36,473 nt of DNA from Chloroflexaceae bacterium (GTDB lineage Bacteria; Chloroflexota; Chloroflexia; Chloroflexales; Chloroflexaceae): positions 1 through 36,473 of the forward strand of contig DAOUBZ010000413.1 in NCBI GenBank assembly GCA_034432515.1, in the 5' to 3' direction. The translations under genes and the position numbers were made by a program. Position 1 is the stretch's first letter. Every line of letters starts with the position of its first letter. The notes beneath the pieces were generated by a model, which ran no database searches, was not told the origin of the DNA, and saw nothing but the letters and a program-made list of their open reading frames with translations. Of this stretch, positions 17,367-24,199 are shown in pieces.

Positions 17367-17427
17367 CACAATATATAAATATCACACTATTTTTTGTCAA
17401 AGGCTGTCCTGGCCAGATGGAGGAGCA

Positions 17428-17778
17428 ATGCAACAGCCCATTCACCGCTTCAAGGCCGAGTTTTTCAAGGCCCTCGGCCATCCGGCGCGCCTGGTGATCC
17501 TCGGGCAGTTGCGCGGCGGCGAGCGTAGCGTGCAGGAGTTGCAGGTTGCGCTGGATATGGACCAGTCGAGTGTCTCCCAGCAACTGGCCGTGCTGCGCAA
17601 TAAGAACATCGTCGAATCACGCAAAGAGGGCACCACGGTCTACTACCGGGTTCGCGACCCGATGATCTTTCAGCTGCTCGATGTTGCCCGCGCGATCTTC
17701 AACAGTCACCTGATCGACACCCAGGCCATCCTCGCGCAGCTCGGCGAGGAGCCAGTCGAGCCAACGCCACGCCCGTAG
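17428..17778 (+). CDS. ArsR/SmtB-family transcriptional regulator (cysteine-free)
   Basis: FKALGHPARLVILGQL...SVQELQVALDMDQSSVSQQLAVLRNKNIVESRKEGTTVYYRV is a canonical ArsR wHTH. GGAGGAG lies just upstream of the ATG. There are no Cys residues. Confidence 0.85.
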   Translation: MQQPIHRFKAEFFKALGHPARLVILGQLRGGERSVQELQVALDMDQSSVSQQLAVLRNKNIVESRKEGTTVYYRVRDPMIFQLLDVARAIFNSHLIDTQAILAQLGEEPVEPTPRP

Positions 17779-17856
17779 GCGGTATGCACGTACCACGCGG
17801 ACTGCCGATGAGCAGGCAACCCCGTAACCCTCTCCGTGCCCAAAGGATCTGCTGCT

Positions 17857-19566
17857 ATGTCGTCACCCACTACCCCTCCCGAACCGCCCCCACTCGCAGT
17901 GAGTATCACCGGACAGCTGCTGCTCGACACGCCGCTGCTCAACAAGGGCAGCGCCTTCAGCGAGAGCGAGCGCCTTGAGCTCGACCTGCTCGGCCTGCTT
18001 CCGCCCCACGTCGCAACCCTGGAGGAGCAACTCACCCGCACCTACGAGAGCTATCTGCAGAAGCCGACCGACCTGGAAAAACACATCTACCTGGCCGCGC
18101 TACACGACCGCAACGAGACGCTCTTCTACGCCCTGGTGCAGGCCCATATCAGCGAGATGCTGCCGATCATCTATACGCCGACGGTGGGCCTGGCCTGCCA
18201 GCAGTACAGCCACATCTACCGGCGGCCGCGCGGGCTCTACCTCGCCTACCCGCACCGCCAGTACCTGGATCGCATCCTGGCCAGCGCACCCACCCAGGGC
18301 GTGCGCGTGATTGTCGTCACCGACGGTGAGCGCATCCTCGGCCTTGGCGACCTGGGGATCGGCGGGATGGGCATCCCGATCGGCAAGCTGGCCCTCTATA
18401 CGCTCTGCGCCGGCATCCATCCCGCCACGACCCTGCCGATCGTCCTCGATGTCGGCACCAACAACCAGGAGTTGCTCGAAGACCCGCTCTACCTGGGCTG
18501 GCGCCACGAGCGCGTTCGCGGCGCCGAGTATGACGCGTTCATCGAGCGCTTTGTCCGCGCGGTCCAGGCGCATGTTCCCACTGCCATCCTGCAGTGGGAG
18601 GACTTCGCCAAGCACAATGCGGCCCGGCTGCTCGAACACTACCGCGACCAGCTCTGTAGCTTCAACGACGATATCCAGGGCACTGGCGCCGTCACGCTGG
18701 CTGGCCTGTTGGCCGCCGCCGACCTGACCGGAGTGCCCCTGAGCGAGCAGCGCATCGTTATCCTCGGGGCCGGCTCGGCGGCAACGGGCATCGCCGACCA
18801 GATCGTCGCCGCCATGGTGCAGGCGGGCAGCTCGCTCGCCGCGGCCCGCGCGACGATCTGGCTGGTCGATAGCCGTGGCCTGGTCCACAGTGGGCGCAGT
18901 GATCTGGAGCCCGCCAAGCAGGTCTATGCCCAGCCGCAGGAGCGCGTGGCAGCCTGGGGCTATCCCGAACTGGCCCGCATCCCCCTGCGCGAGGTGGTGC
19001 AGCAGGTGCACCCGACGGCGCTGATCGGCACGGCCGCCCAGCCAGGCGCCTTCGACGAGGCGACGGTGCGCGCCATGGCCGCCCATACGCCGCGCCCGGT
19101 CATCTTTCCGCTCTCCAATCCGACCAGCAAGAGCGAGGCCCGCCCGGCCGATCTGCTGGCCTGGACCGAAGGTCGCGCCCTGGTGGCGACCGGCAGCCCG
19201 TTCGCCCCGGTCACGATCAACGGCCAGACGGTGCGCATCGGCCAGTGCAACAATGCCTTCATCTTCCCCGGGGTCGGGCTGGGCATCATCGCCAGCGGCG
19301 CCCAGCGGGTGACCGACGAGATGTTCGTGGCCGCAGCGCGTGCCCTGAGCTCCTTTGCGCCTATGCGCCGCGACCCGCGCCTGCCACTCTACCCGGCGCT
19401 GGAAGATGTGCGCGTCGTCTCACGCCAGGTGGCGACCGCCGTCGCCCAGGCAGCGATGAACGTCGGCGTGGCCGCGCCACTCACCCCTGAGGAACTGGCC
19501 CGCCGCATCAGCGCGGCAATGTGGCAGCCAGTCTATCGCCTCTACCGGCGCGCGCAATCGGGGTAG
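17857..19566 (+). CDS. NAD(P)-dependent malic enzyme (large SfcA/MaeA type)
   Basis: [30 protein letters not shown] and [10 protein letters not shown] motifs. ATG at 17857 (the track start at 17836 is GTG). Confidence 0.9.
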   Translation: MSSPTTPPEPPPLAVSITGQLLLDTPLLNKGSAFSESERLELDLLGLLPPHVATLEEQLTRTYESYLQKPTDLEKHIYLAALHDRNETLFYALVQAHISEMLPIIYTPTVGLACQQYSHIYRRPRGLYLAYPHRQYLDRILASAPTQGVRVIVVTDGERILGLGDLGIGGMGIPIGKLALYTLCAGIHPATTLPIVLDVGTNNQELLEDPLYLGWRHERVRGAEYDAFIERFVRAVQAHVPTAILQWEDFAKHNAARLLEHYRDQLCSFNDDIQGTGAVTLAGLLAAADLTGVPLSEQRIVILGAGSAATGIADQIVAAMVQAGSSLAAARATIWLVDSRGLVHSGRSDLEPAKQVYAQPQERVAAWGYPELARIPLREVVQQVHPTALIGTAAQPGAFDEATVRAMAAHTPRPVIFPLSNPTSKSEARPADLLAWTEGRALVATGSPFAPVTINGQTVRIGQCNNAFIFPGVGLGIIASGAQRVTDEMFVAAARALSSFAPMRRDPRLPLYPALEDVRVVSRQVATAVAQAAMNVGVAAPLTPEELARRISAAMWQPVYRLYRRAQSG

Positions 19567-19647
19567 GCCCCTCAGGCCCGCCGGGCGACCCAGCTCTAAA
19601 GCCACTGCTTCGGCCTAACCAGGGCTTGAGCAACGTCGGAACGCGAA

Positions 19648-19767
19648 CGCACCCTGAGCCTTTGTCCCGGCGGCTCAGCTGAACGGCCGTATCGAAGGAG
19701 CGCTTGCACCCTTTGATACGCGCTGCGCACTACCCTGGCCTGAGCCGGGACGAAGGCTCAGGGTGCG
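19648..19767. repeat. Family-C nested palindromic element (C1) between convergent genes
   Basis: 24-bp outer stem cgcaccctgagcctttgtcccggc / gccgggacgaaggctcagggtgcg (1 mismatch, G-U compatible) encloses an inner hairpin gtatcgaagg..cctttgatac. It shares ..ttgatacg..ctacc/ctcagggtg motifs with 29474-29530 and the B elements. Confidence 0.75.
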
Positions 19768-19812
19768 AAAACCGGGACTTTAGATCCGCCCCGGGGGCCC
19801 ACCGGGCCCAGG

Positions 19813-20823
19813 CTACATCGCCGCCTCGGCCTCCGCCGGCTCGGTGGCAACCGGGCGCAACTCGCGGATCAGGATGGTGATGATCGTCACGACGGGTACG
19901 GTGAGCAGCGCAGCGAAAAAGCCGCCGACCAGCCCGCCGATGTAGAGCCCCAGCAGGATCGCAGCCGGCGATACCTTGATCGCCCGCGCGAAAAAGAACG
20001 GGACCACGACATACACCGCCAGCATGCCGATCAGCCCTTCGGCAACCACCAGCCAGAGGACGGCGTTCGAACTGACGGTTGTCGCGGCGATCACCGATAA
20101 GCCAAGCCCGACGATGCCGCCCAGGTAGGGGATGAACTCGAGCAGGCCCGAGATGACCGCGATCGGGATGGCGAAGGGAATGCCCAGCGCCAGACCGACC
20201 ACGCTGTAACCGATGATATAGTAGCCCGAGATCGCCAGCTGCGCGAGGAACCAGCGTGACAGACCCTCGCTCACCGCAGCTGTCAGCTGCACCACCCGCG
20301 GCTGATAGGCGCGCGGCACAAAGAACTGGAGCAGCCAGCGCCGTGTACTCTCACTGGTCACCAGCGCGAAGACCAGCACAATGAGCACGAAGAAGGCCCA
20401 GAACGCGGCGCCCAGCTGTCCCGCCGTCCCGGCGAGCGCGCCGGCCACGTCGGACAGCAGCCCGCTGGCCACGCCAAGCACCTGGCTAGCCGGCAGTCCC
20501 TGCACCGCGGCCTCGATCCGTGGCCCAACGGCGGTGACCAGGCCCGCGAGGCCATTGATCGCCAGGGCGAAGAGCGGTAGGACCTGCACGCCCAGGAACA
20601 GGAAGATGGCCGCCAGAATAACCAGCACCCCGGCGATGGTGACCCCGCTGGGGATCCCGCGCCGCGCGAGGCGCTCAGCCAGCGGGTAGAGCAGCATGCT
20701 CAGCAGCGCAGCCAGAAAGAGCAACAGCGCCACCGAGCGGATCAGCGGCAGCAAGGGCCCCACCACGATGAGCGCAAGCCCCAGACCGAAGAGCGCGATC
20801 CATGTCTGTCGGGTGATCTGCAC
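19813..20823 (-). CDS. AI-2E (PerM/UPF0118) family transporter
   Basis: 336-aa polytopic membrane protein with typical AI-2E architecture and C-terminal region (GLLEFIPYLGGIVG...). GTG start at 20823 with GAAAGG upstream. Confidence 0.75.
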   Translation of the reverse strand: MQITRQTWIALFGLGLALIVVGPLLPLIRSVALLLFLAALLSMLLYPLAERLARRGIPSGVTIAGVLVILAAIFLFLGVQVLPLFALAINGLAGLVTAVGPRIEAAVQGLPASQVLGVASGLLSDVAGALAGTAGQLGAAFWAFFVLIVLVFALVTSESTRRWLLQFFVPRAYQPRVVQLTAAVSEGLSRWFLAQLAISGYYIIGYSVVGLALGIPFAIPIAVISGLLEFIPYLGGIVGLGLSVIAATTVSSNAVLWLVVAEGLIGMLAVYVVVPFFFARAIKVSPAAILLGLYIGGLVGGFFAALLTVPVVTIITILIRELRPVATEPAEAEAAM

Positions 20824-20913
20824 AGTTCACGACCTTTCAGCACGCCGCTGCCTGGCGCAGCAGTCGCTCACAAAACCGACGATCGTAACGATAGCACAGA
20901 AAGGCCAACCTTA

Positions 20914-21972
20914 ATGCACGAGGCGCAGCATGATCCACAGCTGGTTGCCCAGGTCGAGGAACGGCGCCCGCTGACCTATGCCGCCGGCGCCGACCCGGCG
21001 CTCGACCGCCCGGCCCACGTGCGCGCGGCCTCGAGCCTGGTGCGGCTGGGCCAGCACATGGTTGCCATCCAGGACGATGCCCACTTCCTGGCCCTGATCG
21101 ACCCGGCAACGTGGGCCGTCGCAGCGCTGACCCTGCCCGCAGGCCCCGATGGCCAGCGACAGTTCGATGATCTGCGTGGCACCAAGGCTTTGAAGCTGGA
21201 CCTGGAGGCCAGTGTGGTCATCCCGACTCCCGGTGGTGAACTGCTGCTCGCCTTCGGCTCAGGCTCAACGCCGGAGCGCGAGCGCATCCTGATGGTAGAG
21301 CAGGTCAACACGGCCAAGCCGGCGATCCGGCTGGTGGCGGCCAGCGCGCTCTACGCCCGGCTGCGCGCCCCGGCATTTGCCGGCAGCGAACTCAACCTGG
21401 AGGGCGCAGTCCTGCTGGGTTCCACCCTGCGGCTCTTCCAGCGCGGCAACGGCGCGCCACGCGGCGCGCTGCAGCCGATCGATGCCACCTGCGACCTGAA
21501 CTGGCCGGCGCTGGCTGCCTATCTCGCCAACCCGTCCGTCGTCCCACCCCCCGAGCTGACGGCGATCACCCGCTATGATCTTGGCCACCTCGCAGGCGCG
21601 CGGCTGACCTTCACCGACGCCACCCTCGCGCCCGGGGGCCTCCTCTACTGCGCGACAGCGGAGGATTCGCCGGATGTCACGCGCGACGGCCCGGTGGTTG
21701 GCTCGGCGCTCGGGCTGCTCCCGTTTGCCGGGTGCCCACGCTACGCGCCGCTCACCGGGCCCGATGGCCAGGTGCTGCCCATCAAGGTCGAAGGCGCGTT
21801 GCTCGATGCCAGCGACCCGACCCGCGTCTACCTGGTGGCCGATGCCGACGACCCGCTGACGCCGAGCGAGTTGCTGGTGACGCGCCTGCGGGGACCCTGG
21901 TTCCCCGCTGCAGCAACCCACCCTCCAGGGGCTACAGGAAGTGGTATACTGCCGACGGTCAACGACGGCTAG
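20914..21972 (+). CDS. Conserved-looking hypothetical protein (no family recognised; possibly beta-propeller-like)
   Basis: 352-aa ORF with GC-rich third codon positions and a weak SD (GAAAGG). Recurrent strand-like segments (IQDDAHFLALID, LKLDLEASVVI, LLLAFGSGS, LNLEGAVLLG, LLYCATAEDS, VYLVADADD). No catalytic motif recognised. Confidence 0.55.
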   Translation: MHEAQHDPQLVAQVEERRPLTYAAGADPALDRPAHVRAASSLVRLGQHMVAIQDDAHFLALIDPATWAVAALTLPAGPDGQRQFDDLRGTKALKLDLEASVVIPTPGGELLLAFGSGSTPERERILMVEQVNTAKPAIRLVAASALYARLRAPAFAGSELNLEGAVLLGSTLRLFQRGNGAPRGALQPIDATCDLNWPALAAYLANPSVVPPPELTAITRYDLGHLAGARLTFTDATLAPGGLLYCATAEDSPDVTRDGPVVGSALGLLPFAGCPRYAPLTGPDGQVLPIKVEGALLDASDPTRVYLVADADDPLTPSELLVTRLRGPWFPAAATHPPGATGSGILPTVNDG

Positions 21973-22391
21973 CCACCCACCACTAGCAACCGGGACTTCG
22001 TCCGAGCAGCTGTGATCGGTCCGCCCCCGCCCCGTAAGGCCGAAGGATTGGCTGCGCCAATGCTTCGGCCCAACGCTCGGACGCCGTGCCCGTGGCGCCC
22101 GCCATGGCTAACGAGGAGGAGCAGGGATGGCCAGGAAGAAGAAGACGTCGGCTGCCGGGCCAGACGCTGAACAGCAGCGCCCGCGTGATCCAGCTCTTCG
22201 GCTGGCTGCAACCCGAGCACGTCCTGGCCGATAGCACGTCCATCCTTGCCCGGCGCATCACCTAGAGCGACGCCTGACATCCACGTTCCAGCCCGTCGCT
22301 GGCTGCCCGCGACAGCAGCGACCCCAGCACGTTCGCACGACGGAGTGACCCGGCGGTTTCACAGTGGACCGTTAGTACCAAGGAGCAACCG

Positions 22392-23315
22392 ATGTCCAGC
22401 GAGTCTCCGATCCAGCTGATCGTCGCGGCCTTTCAGAAGGAGGATGCCGCCGATGCCGCACTGAACGCGATCATCCAGGCGAAGAAGGAGCGCCTGGTGA
22501 AGATCCACGAGGCGGCCGTTGTGCGCCGTGACCCGGGCGGCAAGCTGCACATCATCGAGCGTGGCGACCTTGGCCCCGGTGCCGGCGCGGCCAGCGGCGC
22601 GGCCCTGGGCGCGGTTGTCGGCCTCTTCGGCGGCCCGATCGGCGCGCTGCTCGGTGGCGCGGCAGGCGCGGCAATCGGCGGCATTGCTGCCAAGCTGATC
22701 GACACGGGCATCCCCGACGACCGCCTGCGGCAGATCGGCTCGGCGCTACAGCCCGGCACCTCGGCGATCGTGGCGATGATCGAGCACGCCTGGGTCAGCG
22801 AGATCCAGGACGAGCTGCAGCGCGCCGGTGGCAACCTGCTCGCCGCAGCGATCACCGAAGATGTCAAGAACCAGCTGGCCGCCGGCAAGGACGTGGCCTA
22901 CAGCGCGGTTACCGCTGCCGGTGGCACGATCGCCGGGCGGGTCAGCGCCGGGGAGGAGGGCGTCACACTGCAGGGGCTGGCCACCGACGGCCAGAACCTC
23001 GTCGCCGGCGCGTTCACGGCGGTGAAAGAGGCGGCCGGCGAGGCAGCCGAAACTGCGAAGGACGTCGCCAGCGAGGCGACCGAGGCGGTCAAGGAGGCGG
23101 CCGGCGAGGCAGCCGAATCCGCGAAGGACGTCGCCAGCGAGGCGACCGAGGCGGTGAAGAAAGCGGCCGGCGAGGCAGCCGAAACCGCGAAGGACGTCGC
23201 CAGAGAGGCGACCGAGGCGGTGAAGAAAGCGGCTGGCGAGGCAGCCGAAACCGGGAAGGACGTCGCCAGCGAGGCGACCGAGGCGGTGAAGAAAGCGGCC
23301 GACGAGAAGAAGTAG
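22392..23315 (+). CDS. DUF1269-like glycine-zipper membrane protein with C-terminal 22-aa tandem repeats
   Basis: N-terminal IQLIVAAFQKEDAADAAL..., Gly-zipper GAGAASGAALGAVVGLFGGPIGALLGGAAGAAIGGIAA and second half GIPDDRLRQIGSALQPGTSAIVAMIEH (DUF1269 pattern). C-terminus has 4.4 copies of VK(E/K)AAGEAAETAKDVASEATEA. AAGGAG lies 6 nt before the ATG. Confidence 0.75.
   Translation: MSSESPIQLIVAAFQKEDAADAALNAIIQAKKERLVKIHEAAVVRRDPGGKLHIIERGDLGPGAGAASGAALGAVVGLFGGPIGALLGGAAGAAIGGIAAKLIDTGIPDDRLRQIGSALQPGTSAIVAMIEHAWVSEIQDELQRAGGNLLAAAITEDVKNQLAAGKDVAYSAVTAAGGTIAGRVSAGEEGVTLQGLATDGQNLVAGAFTAVKEAAGEAAETAKDVASEATEAVKEAAGEAAESAKDVASEATEAVKKAAGEAAETAKDVAREATEAVKKAAGEAAETGKDVASEATEAVKKAADEKK
23022..23312 (+). 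repeat. In-frame 66-nt tandem repeat (4.4 copies) inside the DUF1269-like CDS
   Basis: Four near-identical 66-nt units (a few substitutions each) plus a partial fifth. They encode an Ala/Glu/Lys-rich amphipathic 22-mer. Confidence 0.9.
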
Positions 23316-23366
23316 GGGCGAGTCGTGTCGTGCCCCTGTCACGACCGGGTGGACCGCCGGGGCCTG

Positions 23367-23394
23367 GCGAGGCGGCCCACCATGGCCGCCTCGC
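23367..23394. terminator. Hairpin between convergent DUF1269-like and flavodoxin-like genes
   Basis: gcgaggcggcc-caccat-ggccgcctcgc, an 11-bp perfect stem. There is no U-tract on either side. Confidence 0.35.
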
Positions 23395-23404
23395 TGGGGC
23401 GGCG

Positions 23405-23914
23405 CTATCCGCGCAGGCGCAGTGCCGTCTCCGCGACGCGCCGCCCCAGGGCCTGGGCCTGCGCCCGGTCCTCGTCGGTGAGCGTGCCAATTGCGGTGGC
23501 GCCGTAGTACGAGCCGGAGCGCTCCATCGTCGGCGTCCACGGCAGCCCGAGGATGAGCATGCCGCTGCCGAGCTGCCAATGCAGGACGTTCAGCAGCGTG
23601 AACTCGGTGCCGGAGTGGCGCCCGGCGCTGGTGGTGAAGGCCGCGCCGACCTTGCCGGCGAGCAGCCCCTCCTCCCACAGATCGCCGGTCGTATCGAGCC
23701 AGCGCTTCAGCGTCCCCTTGATCCCCGTCCAGTTCGGCGTGCCGATGATGATCGCCTCGGCAGCCAGCAGATCCTCCCGTCGGGCCCGCGGTGGCTTGCG
23801 CAACACCACGTCGACGCCAGGCACGCCACGCGCGCCGGCAGCGATCTCCTGGGCGAGCGCCTCCAGCAAGTCGCCCTGATCGTAGAGCACCAGCACCCGG
23901 CACGATCCGGCCAT
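23405..23914 (-). CDS. Flavodoxin-like fold protein (WrbA / NAD(P)H:quinone oxidoreductase-like)
   Basis: RVLVLYDQGD..LAQEIAAGA...AEAIIIGTPNW...GKVGAAFTTSAG is a flavodoxin-like pattern. ATG at 23914 with AAGGAGG 5 nt upstream. The track ORF extends a further 79 codons across repeat DNA. Confidence 0.7.
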   Translation of the reverse strand: MAGSCRVLVLYDQGDLLEALAQEIAAGARGVPGVDVVLRKPPRARREDLLAAEAIIIGTPNWTGIKGTLKRWLDTTGDLWEEGLLAGKVGAAFTTSAGRHSGTEFTLLNVLHWQLGSGMLILGLPWTPTMERSGSYYGATAIGTLTDEDRAQAQALGRRVAETALRLRG

Positions 23915-23926
23915 GGGCACCTCCTT

Positions 23927-24188
23927 ATACTTCAGAAGCGGCCATTCCTGCTTGACAGTCGTAGACGAGGATGCGTGATGCGATGAAGCGGTACGATCAC
24001 GTCCTCGCTTCATCACATCCTCGCAAATCCGCTTGCGGCTTAGGAGCGTAGCGAGGCATCCCGGCGGTGATGCCATCCCGAGACCCTTCGCTCCGGCTAC
24101 GCCTCCGCTCAGGGTGACAGGCGTACGGCGTACTGATGCGGCACAAGGCAAAACGTCGTTGTAGTATCAGGCATACTTCAGAAGCGGC
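23927..24188. repeat. Composite repeat block (family D copy plus family B copy B1) bracketed by a perfect 16-bp direct repeat
   Basis: ATACTTCAGAAGCGGC at 23927-23942 and again at 24173-24188. Between them lie imperfect hairpin cgaggatgcgtgatgcgatgaagcg / cgcttcatcacatcctcg (23966-24023) and B1 (24071-24142). B1 is the reverse complement of 36404-36473; the 51-nt core has 1 mismatch. Confidence 0.8.
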
Positions 24189-24199
24189 GATGCAGCGTA

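Noticed and set aside
22104-22265. Small ORFs in the 420-bp leader of the DUF1269-like gene: a 53-aa ORF (22104-22265, MANEEEQGWPGRRRRRLPG...) and a 35-aa ORF (22127-22234, MARKKKTSAAG...) that has a GGAGGAG SD.
   Set aside because: The 53-aa frame has fairly high GC3 but contains three consecutive rare AGA codons and has no SD. The 35-aa frame has the SD but non-coding-like third positions. Neither shows a recognisable motif, and the region contains family-C repeat fragments. Not supportable without expression data.
23022-23312. Possible CRISPR array (regular 66-nt repeats; also the 32-nt-period duplicate at 26887-26947).
   Set aside because: The 66-nt units are contiguous with no spacers and lie in frame within a CDS. 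The 26.9-kb locus has only two units with a 3-nt gap. No cas genes are present.
23915-24151. Upstream 79-codon extension of the flavodoxin-like ORF (the track ORF to 24151), and similar extensions of the sfsA (to 27928), amidase (to 3206), SulP (to 17156) and response-regulator (to 33281) ORFs.
   Set aside because: The extensions run through identified repeat elements or promoter DNA. Internal ATGs have strong, correctly spaced SD sequences and give family-typical N-termini.
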